The translations under genes were made by a program, and so were the position numbers. A stretch of DNA of 64,000 nucleotides, taken from contig JAQWBS010000001.1 of the NCBI GenBank assembly GCA_028706255.1, positions 199,411-263,410 of the forward strand. The letters run 5' to 3'. Shown piece after piece: positions 44,943 to 54,085 of this stretch; within the stretch, counting starts at the first letter, position 1, and each line of letters begins with the position of its first letter. The notes beneath the pieces were generated by a model. It saw only the letters and a program-made list of their open reading frames with translations. It was not told where the DNA came from and did no database searches. The DNA comes from Alphaproteobacteria bacterium (lineage in GTDB: Bacteria > Pseudomonadota > Alphaproteobacteria > RF32 > CAG-239).

Positions 44943-45198
44943 AAAAAGTTTAATCATTAAAAAAGGTAAGTGGGGGAATCTCACGACTCCTATATAGACC
45001 CTTTCTCATAAAAAGAATGACATAAATAAAAAGAGAAAGAGAGAATTCATCAAAAACAAATTTATGAACCAAATTTTAAAACTTAAAAAATAAATAAAAA
45101 CATACCTTTTTCGGTAAAACTTTTTCAAAAAACTATAATAAAAAACAAATAATTAAACATTGAGAACATCAATAGCATAAATTAAATGTTTGACAACC

Positions 45199-46458
45199 CT
45201 ATCTTTTGTCTAAAAATGGCAATAAGAAGAGAGCTGGTAACGCTAAAAGCGATGTGATTATGAAAAAGACCGGCCAAGAAACAGCTACGGCTAAGAAACC
45301 ACTACTGGCAGCAACAACATCTCGAAGGAGTGTCATCAAAGACGAAAGCAGAGCATATTGCGTTGCCGTATAAAGTGGATTACAAAGCGATGATAAATAA
45401 GCCACGAAAGCCGCTGTGCCAATTCCGCCTGCAATATTTTCAACGGAAATAGTCAACATCAAGAAATTTACATCATGTCCAACATAAGCTTGTGCAGCAA
45501 ACATCAAGTTTGAAAGTCCTTGCAAGATACCTCCAACCAGCAAAGTTGTCATAAGATTATATCTCATGGCAATCAAGCCACCAATAATGCCTCCCAAAAT
45601 GGTTGCTCCCATTCCAAAAATCTTAGAAATTTTAGCAATTTCAATTTCCGTAAATCCCATCTCATCATAGAAAGGATAAACCATTGGACCCATATAAGCA
45701 TCGCTCATTTTATAAAGAAAAATAAAGAGAAGAATAATCTTCCAATTTGTTCTTTTCAAAAAGTCAGCAAAAGGAGCAACAACGGAATTTCTAAAAAACA
45801 AACATAACCGCTGTTTTCTAGTCCCTTGATACTTTCTTTTCCTTGGTGCTGATGATTCATTAATAAATAGCATTGTGAAAAGTCCGACCAAGGCACCAAG
45901 AGACATTACAATATAAACACTATTCCAACCAAGTTTGGAAGCCAGAAACAAAGCTCCTGCCCCAGAGAAAATCATACCAAGACGATATCCCAAAATAAAG
46001 ATTGCTGTGCCTGCCCCCTGCTCCTTATCATCAAAACTTTCAACACGATAAGCATCAAGCACAATATCTTGCGAAGCGGAAGCAATCACCACAAAAAAAC
46101 CAAAAACACCTAAAAGCCATAAATTTGTGAGAGGATTCACCTGAGACATTGCTAAAATAAAAACAATCAACATAACTTGAGAAACAATTGCCCAACTTTT
46201 TCTTCGCCCCAACTTATAAAGCAAGGGAATTCGAACCGTATCAACAATAGGTGCCCACAGCCACTTAAAACTATATGGAACTTTTATAAGCGAAAACAAA
46301 CCAATCGTCTGATTCGTAATATTCATTTTTTTAAGCCAAAGGCTTAAGGTGCTTCCCACCAACGCTCCTGGAAAACCACTTGAGAACCCCAAAAGAACCA
46401 TCACAATCATTCTTTTGTCGGCATAAATTTTTCCAGCTTCAATCCATTTCTTAAACAT
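45199..46458 (-). CDS. ampG: AmpG-family muropeptide MFS transporter
   Basis: 419 aa with about 12 or more TM helices. The N-terminal LGFSSGFPGALVGSTLSLWLK is typical of AmpG permeases. Confidence 0.85.
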   Translation of the reverse strand: MFKKWIEAGKIYADKRMIVMVLLGFSSGFPGALVGSTLSLWLKKMNITNQTIGLFSLIKVPYSFKWLWAPIVDTVRIPLLYKLGRRKSWAIVSQVMLIVFILAMSQVNPLTNLWLLGVFGFFVVIASASQDIVLDAYRVESFDDKEQGAGTAIFILGYRLGMIFSGAGALFLASKLGWNSVYIVMSLGALVGLFTMLFINESSAPRKRKYQGTRKQRLCLFFRNSVVAPFADFLKRTNWKIILLFIFLYKMSDAYMGPMVYPFYDEMGFTEIEIAKISKIFGMGATILGGIIGGLIAMRYNLMTTLLVGGILQGLSNLMFAAQAYVGHDVNFLMLTISVENIAGGIGTAAFVAYLSSLCNPLYTATQYALLSSLMTLLRDVVAASSGFLAVAVSWPVFFIITSLLALPALFLLPFLDKR

Positions 46459-46653
46459 ACAAATACTTTTTCACATAAATTTTCATAAGAAGAATATAAA
46501 AGATATTTATTAACTTTTCAATAACCAAAAATGAAAACAATTCCTACTTTTCCACAAGATTCTAAAAGATTACAAATTATATTTAATTTATATTTCAATC
46601 GGTTAAAATTTTTTTAGATTTTTTTTCTGAATTAATCTCAAAATTAACGATTT

Positions 46654-46701
46654 ACTCAACATATTGTGTTAACTTTCAAAATTGAACACAATATATAGTA
46701 T
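46654..46701 (+). promoter_or_regulatory. pair of NrdR-box-like operators upstream of nrdA
   Basis: ACTCAACATATTGTGT (46654-46669) and ACACAATATATAGTAT (46686-46701) each match 14/16 positions of the NrdR box consensus ACACwATATATwGTGT as I remember it. The centres are 32 bp apart, and box 2 ends 29 nt before the nrdA ATG. Confidence 0.55.
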
Positions 46702-46729
46702 ATCAACATAAATAGAAGGTTTTAAAAAG

Positions 46730-49018
46730 ATGACTGATTTTCAAATAATTAAAAGAAACGGCAGCCCTGAAAATTATTCCCCTAAGAAACTCAATCATAT
46801 CATTGAGATTGCAACTGCCGGATTCGACCTTCCTAAAGAAGACCTCATCAACGACATTGAATCCATTCTTAAAGAAAACATCAAAAGTTCTGAAATTCTT
46901 GGTCACCTCACACTGAGCGCTGTCAAAAGAACAGATGTCCTCAATCCTGATTGGAAAAACGTTGCAGGTCGCCTGAAAATTATTGAACTCATCAAAAACA
47001 CTTCCCTTAAAAGAGGCATAAACCTGAAGGAAAGTTCAATCTACCAAAATTACCTTCAATATGTTAAGAATGCTGTTCAAGAAAAAGTATATACTGATGT
47101 TTTGCTCGAAAAATATTCAGAAGCAGAGCTCATTGAAGCGGGAAAATTCATCAATCCAGATTATGACTTTGTTTATGACTTTGCAGGTGCAAGTTTACTC
47201 ATCAAACGTTATTTATGTGAACATAAAGATTACATCTTTGAACTTCCTCAAGAAATGTTTTTGACGATTTCTTTACTTGTTGAACAAAATGAAGACAAAT
47301 CAGTTCGTATGGCTCAAGTGAAAGATACTTATGAAAAATTAGCCAACCGCAAAATCTCTCTCGGCACACCTTTCTTGATGAATTTACGTCGTCCAAATGG
47401 CAACTTAAGTTCTTGCTTTATTACAGCAATGGACGATTCCCGTGAATCTATCTTCTATGTCATCGACCAAATCTCTGCCATTTCCAAGTTTGGCGGAGGC
47501 GTCGGCTGCAACGTTTCAAGAGTGCGTTGCAAAGGGGCAAGAATTAGAGGCATCAAAAACTCTTCTGGTGGCGTTGTGCCTTGGATTCGCATTATCAATG
47601 ACACAGCTGTTGCCGTTAACCAACAAGGCAAAAGAAAAGGTGCAGTAACCGTTTCCTTAGATGTATGGCATATGGACATTGAAGACTTTCTTGAGCTTCG
47701 CACTGAAAACGGCGACCAACGCATGAAAGCTTATGACATCTTCCCACAAGTGATTATCCCTGATTTGTTCATGAAAAAAGTTGAAAAGAATGAAGATTGG
47801 CTCTTGGTTGACCCAAATGAGATTCGCTCAAAATATAAGGTTGAAATTGCCGACCTTTGGGGAGAAAAATTCACAAAATTTTATAATGAACTTTATATGG
47901 AGGCTCGTGCAGGAAAATTGGAAATGTTCAAATTCATTTCTGCAAAAGAACTCATCAAACGTGTGATGAAAACACAAATTGAAACAGGCATGCCATATAT
48001 TGCGTTTAAGGACACCTTAAATAAATATAACCCGAACAAGCACGATGGTGCAATCTTAGGCACAAACCTCTGCACAGAATCTCACAGCAACGTTAAGCCA
48101 ACTAAATTTGCTGACCGACGCCTAGAAGGTGGTAAGATTGTTGCTGAAAGTTTTGAAGGGTTGGTTCATGTGTGCAACCTCGTTTCTATTAACCTTTCAA
48201 CAATTACCACAGATAAAGAACTAGATTCCGTGTGCCAAACCTCTGTCCGCATTTTAGATAATGCCATCGACTTCACAGAAGTTCCAATTTTGGAAGGTCT
48301 GCAACATAACCGCAGATATCGAACTATCGGCATTGGAGCAATGGGACTTGCGGACAAGCTTGCCCTGAACAACATTCCATATACAAATTCTGCAGATTAT
48401 GTAGATGATTTATTTGAAAAAATGGCAATTTATAACATCAGAGCCAGCATTAACATTGCTAAAAAGAAAGGCACTTTTGAAGCTTATAAGGGTTCTGAAT
48501 GGGATAAGAGAATAATCTTGAATAAAGACAGAACTGAAATGACTGCTCATTCAAAATATGCCCAAGAATGGAATGAAATTTATGATAACTTGGCAAAATA
48601 TGGCATTCGCAATTCTCAACTTGCCGCCATTGCTCCAAACACGAGCTCTTCGCTCATTCAGGGTTGCACCGCTTCTGTTTTGCCTGTTTATAGCAAATTC
48701 TTTGTTGAAACTCACGGCAAAGGCAGTGTGCCAAACTGCCCACCTTTTATCAAAGACAAGTTCTGGTTTTATCAAGAAAACAGAAACATCAATCAAACGG
48801 TTGTGGTTGATATCATGTCTCGCATCAACAAATGGATAGACACTGGCATTTCTGTTGAACTCATTTATAACTTAAACAGAAATATCCGTGCGCAAGATAT
48901 ATACAACACCATTTTAGATGCTTGGAAAAAAGATATCAAAACACTATACTACACCAGAACAATTCAAAAAGACGGAAGTTCGTCTGAAAAAGAAGAATGT
49001 ATTAGTTGCGCAAGTTAG
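46730..49018 (+). CDS. nrdA: ribonucleoside-diphosphate reductase alpha subunit (class Ia, with ATP-cone)
   Basis: 762 aa. Has an N-terminal ATP-cone (IIKRNGSPENYSPKKL), the active-site region NLCTE, and a C-terminal CxxC (CISCAS). Confidence 0.94.
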   Translation: MTDFQIIKRNGSPENYSPKKLNHIIEIATAGFDLPKEDLINDIESILKENIKSSEILGHLTLSAVKRTDVLNPDWKNVAGRLKIIELIKNTSLKRGINLKESSIYQNYLQYVKNAVQEKVYTDVLLEKYSEAELIEAGKFINPDYDFVYDFAGASLLIKRYLCEHKDYIFELPQEMFLTISLLVEQNEDKSVRMAQVKDTYEKLANRKISLGTPFLMNLRRPNGNLSSCFITAMDDSRESIFYVIDQISAISKFGGGVGCNVSRVRCKGARIRGIKNSSGGVVPWIRIINDTAVAVNQQGKRKGAVTVSLDVWHMDIEDFLELRTENGDQRMKAYDIFPQVIIPDLFMKKVEKNEDWLLVDPNEIRSKYKVEIADLWGEKFTKFYNELYMEARAGKLEMFKFISAKELIKRVMKTQIETGMPYIAFKDTLNKYNPNKHDGAILGTNLCTESHSNVKPTKFADRRLEGGKIVAESFEGLVHVCNLVSINLSTITTDKELDSVCQTSVRILDNAIDFTEVPILEGLQHNRRYRTIGIGAMGLADKLALNNIPYTNSADYVDDLFEKMAIYNIRASINIAKKKGTFEAYKGSEWDKRIILNKDRTEMTAHSKYAQEWNEIYDNLAKYGIRNSQLAAIAPNTSSSLIQGCTASVLPVYSKFFVETHGKGSVPNCPPFIKDKFWFYQENRNINQTVVVDIMSRINKWIDTGISVELIYNLNRNIRAQDIYNTILDAWKKDIKTLYYTRTIQKDGSSSEKEECISCAS

Positions 49019-49030
49019 GAGAGAGAAGAG

Positions 49031-50065
49031 ATGAAGGGGAAAAAACTGTTTAATGTTGACGGCGACGATTCGGTCATCAACCGCCGCATGATTAAAGGCA
49101 ATGTGACCAACTTGTTCAACTTAAACAATGTGAAATATACTTGGGCAAATAAAATGTATCGTCTGATGATGGAAAACTTTTGGATTCCTGAAAAAGTTTC
49201 TCTGTTTGACGATAAAAGAGCCTATAACGAACTCACAGAAGCGGAACAAAACGCCTATGACGGCATTCTCTCTTTCCTCGTTTTCTTGGATTCTATCCAA
49301 ACAAATAACCTGCCAAACATTAATGATTATATCACTGCCCCAGAGGTGAACCTCATTTTATCTATTCAGACTTATCAAGAGGCAATCCACTCTCAAAGCT
49401 ACGCCTATATCATTGAGAGCATTATCCCCGCCGATAAGCGAGAGAAGATTTACGACCGTTGGAGAGATGATGAGATTCTTTTGGAAAGAAACAAATATAT
49501 TGCGGAGATTTATCAAAATTTTATTGATAATAAAAATGATAAAAACTTTGCAAAAGTGCTGATTGCAAACTTCTTGCTTGAGGGAATATATTTTTACAAT
49601 GGCTTCAATTTCTTTTATAATCTAGCTTCAAGAAGCTTGATGATTGGCACCGCCGACGAAATCAAATATATCAATCGTGACGAACTCACTCACTGTGTGA
49701 TTTTTAACAATATCATCAAAGAAATCCGCAAAGAAAATGATGTGTTCTTCAGTGATGATGAAATTTATGAAATGTTTGAAAAAGCAGTTGAACAAGAAAT
49801 CACATGGAGCAACCATATCATTGGCGACAATATTATGGGCATTACGAAAGACACGATTGAACAATATACAAAATTCATTGCCAATGAGCGTCTGCGTGCG
49901 ATTGGCTTGAAACCGCTTTATGAAGGCTTTGATAAAAACCCATATAAGCACTTAGAACAAATTTCTGACACAACCGGCGAAGGCAATGTGAAGGGCAACT
50001 TCTTTGAAGCCAACGTCACGGCTTATAACCAAAGCACCGCTGTTGAAGGTTGGGACGAAATTTAA
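49031..50065 (+). CDS. nrdB: ribonucleoside-diphosphate reductase beta subunit (tyrosyl-radical type)
   Basis: 344 aa. Has the diiron ligand motif QEAIHSQSYAYII, with the radical Tyr retained, and the DELTH motif. Confidence 0.94.
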   Translation: MKGKKLFNVDGDDSVINRRMIKGNVTNLFNLNNVKYTWANKMYRLMMENFWIPEKVSLFDDKRAYNELTEAEQNAYDGILSFLVFLDSIQTNNLPNINDYITAPEVNLILSIQTYQEAIHSQSYAYIIESIIPADKREKIYDRWRDDEILLERNKYIAEIYQNFIDNKNDKNFAKVLIANFLLEGIYFYNGFNFFYNLASRSLMIGTADEIKYINRDELTHCVIFNNIIKEIRKENDVFFSDDEIYEMFEKAVEQEITWSNHIIGDNIMGITKDTIEQYTKFIANERLRAIGLKPLYEGFDKNPYKHLEQISDTTGEGNVKGNFFEANVTAYNQSTAVEGWDEI

Positions 50066-50093
50066 AAAATCACAACATTTAAACCTAATAAAT

Positions 50094-50127
50094 AAAAAAG
50101 AGAAGTTCAGAAGAACCTCTCTTTTTT
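50094..50127. terminator. bidirectional rho-independent terminator
   Basis: AAAAAA-AGAGAAGTTC-AGAA-GAACCTCTCT-TTTTT (one mismatch) lies between convergent genes. Confidence 0.75.
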
Positions 50128-50132
50128 ATTCT

Positions 50133-50444
50133 TTACTCATCAAGAATGTCTTTCAAACTCTGCAAGATAAACTCTGCAACAGGCTTAATCTCTTGCGATT
50201 CGGAGTTCTCAAACACTTTAAGCAGTTCCTCAACATCTCTTTTTAGTAACACTAAAATCTCAGTTTCATCATAAAAATTTTGAACGAGAAAACTTGTAAC
50301 AGACTTTTCCAAAACAGAGCCAAAACAAAAAAGAAGATACAAAGCCTCTTTTTCTTCACCAGAAGCTGTACGGAACGCTTGAAGACATTGCTGTTGATTT
50401 TTCCTTAATAGACTGCATAACGTGACTGCATCAATTTTTTTCAT
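50133..50444 (-). CDS. hypothetical small helical protein
   Basis: 103-aa ORF. No motif. Confidence 0.45.
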   Translation of the reverse strand: MKKIDAVTLCSLLRKNQQQCLQAFRTASGEEKEALYLLFCFGSVLEKSVTSFLVQNFYDETEILVLLKRDVEELLKVFENSESQEIKPVAEFILQSLKDILDE

Positions 50445-50529
50445 AATTTAAATAATTAGAGTTGATAATAATTAACATTGCAATCAATATAACAAGTTAT
50501 ATAAATATTATCAACAAAAAACTTATGCT

Positions 50530-51672
50530 TTATTCTTTTTCAATCAGCTTAGAACTTCCAAGCAAATCTTTATGCTTATCTTCCCCAAGCTGAATATCTT
50601 CAATGATTTCCACACGGCGAGAAATCTTGTTTGAAGAAATTTTAATCTCGCCAATATCCTTGCTCGCTTGGTCAAAGTGTCGAGATAGATTTTCAATTCT
50701 ATCATCAAGACGGGTGATATCTTCAATCAAAACCCCAACTTCTTTTTGAATGACGCCTGCTTGTTCACGCATACGAGCATCTTTCAAAATTGCTCTCACC
50801 GTGTTGAGCGTTGCCATCAAAGTCGTTGGAGACACAATCCAAACCTTACTCTTATATGATACCTCAACCACATCAACAAAGTTTGCATGAAGTTCTGCAT
50901 AAACAGATTCAGAAGGTAAAAACATCAACGCAGATTCTGCTGTTTCTCCCATGATGATATATTTTTCTGAAATATCTTTAATATGTTTTAAAACAGATGC
51001 TCTAAAGAAACGAGCAGCCTCAATTTTATCACGCTCCGTTTCAGCATTTCTCAAAGCTTGATAGCTCTCAAGCGGAAACTTGGAGTCAATCACAATCATC
51101 CCTGGGGGATTTGGTAAATTGAGAACACAATCCGCACGTTTTTGATTGCTCAACACCACTTGAAAAGCATATGCCGAAGGCGGAAGAGTTGATGTCACCA
51201 AATCATTAAGTTGAATTTCTCCAAAAGCACCTCTGGCTTGCTTATTAGAAAGCACTTCTTGGAGCGAAACAACTTGTTCGGAAAGCGTAGAAATTTTTTG
51301 CTGTGCCACATCAATTTTGGTCAGTCTTTCACGCAAATCATTCAGCGTTTCTGTCGTTTTAGTGGTTGAAAGTTGTAAGCCTTCGCCCACATTTTTTGTG
51401 ACTTGCAAAAGTTTTTCATCAACCATTTTAAGCACAGAAATTTTTTGTTCATTAATTGCTTCAGCCAAAATATTCTGCTGATTCGCACTTGTTTCAGACA
51501 TCTGAGCCAAGCGACCTGCAAGTTCAGCTTGCCCCCTAAAAAGCGTGTCTGAAAAGGCGGATAAATGCTTATCATCTTTCTTAAAAAGAAGCACAAATAA
51601 AATTGCTAACATCAAAAAGAATAAAACAATTCCAAGCACACCAAAAATGATAAGATTTAATTCCATAAACAA
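50530..51672 (-). CDS. rmuC: DNA recombination protein RmuC
   Basis: 380 aa with an N-terminal TM helix, a coiled coil and the RmuC nuclease-like domain (VIDSKFPLESY, MFLPSESVYAE). Confidence 0.9.
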   Translation of the reverse strand: MFMELNLIIFGVLGIVLFFLMLAILFVLLFKKDDKHLSAFSDTLFRGQAELAGRLAQMSETSANQQNILAEAINEQKISVLKMVDEKLLQVTKNVGEGLQLSTTKTTETLNDLRERLTKIDVAQQKISTLSEQVVSLQEVLSNKQARGAFGEIQLNDLVTSTLPPSAYAFQVVLSNQKRADCVLNLPNPPGMIVIDSKFPLESYQALRNAETERDKIEAARFFRASVLKHIKDISEKYIIMGETAESALMFLPSESVYAELHANFVDVVEVSYKSKVWIVSPTTLMATLNTVRAILKDARMREQAGVIQKEVGVLIEDITRLDDRIENLSRHFDQASKDIGEIKISSNKISRRVEIIEDIQLGEDKHKDLLGSSKLIEKE

Positions 51673-51674
51673 CC

Positions 51675-52643
51675 CTATTTATCTAAATTTCTACCCATTG
51701 TAAAAAACTTTTCTGTTCTTTGCTTTTTCAAATCTTCACCACTAAATTTCAAAAGCTCATTTAAGTTTTTAGAAATCGCCTCACCAACTTTTTCAACCAT
51801 ATATGCAACATCACGATGTGCGCCACCAACTGGTTCAGTGATAATTTCATCAATCAATTTCAATTTTTTCAAATCTTGTGCAGTGAGTTTCATTGCTTCT
51901 GTTGCTTCTTTAACTTTGTCGGCAGAACGCCACAAAATAGAAGCACATCCTTCAGGAGAGATAACAGAATAAATAGAGTTTTCCAACATCAAGATACGGT
52001 TTGCAGTAGCAATTGCAATTGCCCCACCAGAACCACCAACGCCAATCACTGTTGAAACAACAGGAACTTTCATTTGCAAACATTTTTCAATAGACGCTGC
52101 AATAGCTTCGGCTTGTCCACGAGCTTCCGCATCAACCCCAGGATATGCGCCATCCGTGTCCACAAAACAAAGAATTGGCAATGAAAATTTATTCGCCAAA
52201 TCCATAATCCTTTGTGCTTTGCGATATCCTTCAGGCTTTGCCATCCCAAAATTATATTTCACACGCGTTTCAAGGTCCTTACCTTTTTGTTGTCCTAAAA
52301 CGGCAACAGAAACGCCTTTGAAACGACCAATGCCGGCAATCATTGTTTCATCATCGGCAAAACGTCTATCCCCACAAAGTGGCGTGAAGTCTTCAATCAA
52401 CGCATTAACATAATCCAAACACTGCGGACGATCTGGATGTCTTGCAATTTGAGCTTTTTGCCATGGAGACAAGTTTGCATAAGAACTGATAAGCTGTTTT
52501 TCCAACTTCTTTTGAAGTCTTGACAATTCATCATCAATATTAACTGCTTCATCTTCAGCCAAAAGCTTCAAAGCACCAATTTTTGCCTCAATTTCAACAA
52601 TATTTTTTTCAAAATCCAAAACCATTGTATCTTTTTTATCCAT
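51675..52643 (-). CDS. accA: acetyl-CoA carboxylase carboxyltransferase alpha subunit
   Basis: 322 aa. Has FVDTDGAYPG, EARGQAEAIA and GGSGGALA-type motifs (GVGGSGGAIA). Confidence 0.96.
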   Translation of the reverse strand: MDKKDTMVLDFEKNIVEIEAKIGALKLLAEDEAVNIDDELSRLQKKLEKQLISSYANLSPWQKAQIARHPDRPQCLDYVNALIEDFTPLCGDRRFADDETMIAGIGRFKGVSVAVLGQQKGKDLETRVKYNFGMAKPEGYRKAQRIMDLANKFSLPILCFVDTDGAYPGVDAEARGQAEAIAASIEKCLQMKVPVVSTVIGVGGSGGAIAIATANRILMLENSIYSVISPEGCASILWRSADKVKEATEAMKLTAQDLKKLKLIDEIITEPVGGAHRDVAYMVEKVGEAISKNLNELLKFSGEDLKKQRTEKFFTMGRNLDK

Positions 52644-52715
52644 AGAAAAACATCCTTTAATATTTTAAATCTTGTAGATTAATTAGCATAAATTATTAAA
52701 AATTTCGACTCTTAT

Positions 52716-52744
52716 TTTCAAAAATTGTGTATTACACATATAAT
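52716..52744 (+). promoter_or_regulatory. candidate promoter with an embedded 13-bp palindrome
   Basis: TTTCAA (52716-52721), then a 17-nt spacer containing TGTGTA-T-TACACA (52726-52738), then a perfect TATAAT (52739-52744). It lies 90 nt upstream of the GTG start at 52835. Confidence 0.4.
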
Positions 52745-52834
52745 CAGTATGATGACGCATCTTTTCTGTTGCAATCCAATCAAATTATAATAAGATGAAA
52801 ACAGTGAAATCTAATTGATTTATGGAGACTTTTC

Positions 52835-54085
52835 GTGCTGAGTTTTTCTTTTTTCATATCTATCTTCTCAACTTTCTCATGGCTCATCTTTTGCTATAAT
52901 TTCATTTCAGAAAAATTAACAGGAATTACTGTTGCAAGCTTAGGCGTGCATGATTTAATGATTTATATTTTAATGACACTCTTACCAATCTTAATCATCT
53001 GGTTAATTTTTGGATATATCACAAGCTTTCACAATGCTCGCTCAACCCATAAAAACTTCCATGTTCTTTTTTCTCAAATGAAAAAAAACCAAGATTACAG
53101 CGACCTCATTGCAAGAGCCCTCATTGAATGTGAGCAAGACATTCGCTCTGGCTTTATCTTAAATAAGTTCGACATTTTCATTGTTGACTTAAACGAACTC
53201 ATTTCAGAGATCATCTCTCGTTGCAAAATCATTTCCGAAACAGAGCTTCAAGATGCTTGGGCAAGAACTGAAAATGGCGGCAAATGGTTTTTAGGAAAGA
53301 TTTTAATTGAAGCACACCGCAAAAAGGCTGATTTCTCTGCTGAAATCATCAGGCATACGGAAAACGATCCACTCATTGGAGGCACAATTTTAGAATTTTG
53401 TGCACGCTATCAATCGCTTGTCGGCATTTTGGAAAAGCACGACAAGGAACGCCTTTTGCTCAAAATTGTTGAAATGGGTGTTTTAGGTAAAGTTTTCTCA
53501 ATCCTTGCGCCTATTGCGGAAAAAATTAAAAACAAACGTGACTATAACAAAGGTCCTTTCTTCTCATCTGAATCAAACGAAGAAAACAGCTCCAACGCAT
53601 ATTTAGAAGAAGCTCCAAAGAAAAAAACAGGATTTTTCTCTAAAGTGTTCAAGAAAAATGAAGAAGAGCAACCAAAACTTGAACGCAATGAACCTGTTGT
53701 TGAACATTCTTTTTCAAATGACTTCGGAGACGAGGATGTTTCCTTCAAGGACGATGAATTTGTTCTTGATGAAACAGATGAAGAAAATGAAATTGATTTA
53801 GACTTACCTTCTGATGAGGAGGCGGAAAAAGAAATTGATTTGGAAATTGATTCAAATGAAGCGCCTCTTATAAATGAGGACGATGAAACTGAAGAACCCA
53901 TCCTCCGCACGCCTTCTGTCACTGAAAAAGCGATGGCAGATTTAAAAAAAGAATGGAAATATTTTGAGGATTTAGAGAAATCATCTCCAATTGAAGAAAC
54001 CAAGAAAGAACCAAAATTGAGTAATCTCACAACATCAGAAAAATCTTTTGGAAACTGGGCAGATGAAGAAAATTATAAGAAATAG
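52835..54085 (+). CDS. hypothetical membrane protein with helical cytoplasmic domain and strongly acidic C-terminal tail
   Basis: 416 aa with a GTG start and 2-3 N-terminal TM helices. The C-terminal roughly 150 aa are rich in Asp/Glu (DEFVLDETDEENEIDLDLPSDEEAEKEIDLEIDSNE...). It overlaps the downstream gene start by 23 nt. Confidence 0.55.
   Translation: MLSFSFFISIFSTFSWLIFCYNFISEKLTGITVASLGVHDLMIYILMTLLPILIIWLIFGYITSFHNARSTHKNFHVLFSQMKKNQDYSDLIARALIECEQDIRSGFILNKFDIFIVDLNELISEIISRCKIISETELQDAWARTENGGKWFLGKILIEAHRKKADFSAEIIRHTENDPLIGGTILEFCARYQSLVGILEKHDKERLLLKIVEMGVLGKVFSILAPIAEKIKNKRDYNKGPFFSSESNEENSSNAYLEEAPKKKTGFFSKVFKKNEEEQPKLERNEPVVEHSFSNDFGDEDVSFKDDEFVLDETDEENEIDLDLPSDEEAEKEIDLEIDSNEAPLINEDDETEEPILRTPSVTEKAMADLKKEWKYFEDLEKSSPIEETKKEPKLSNLTTSEKSFGNWADEENYKK

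Noticed and set aside
44943-45198. Possible small RNA on the minus strand, ending at the strong hairpin plus T-run at 44909-44942.
   Set aside because: No convincing promoter or conserved structure upstream. It is more simply the distal terminator or 3' UTR of ampG. It cannot be resolved without expression data.
53542-54030. 162-aa Ser-rich minus-strand ORF.
   Set aside because: It is antisense to the acidic (GAA/GAT-rich) tail of the 52835-54085 gene. This is a typical mirror-frame artefact.
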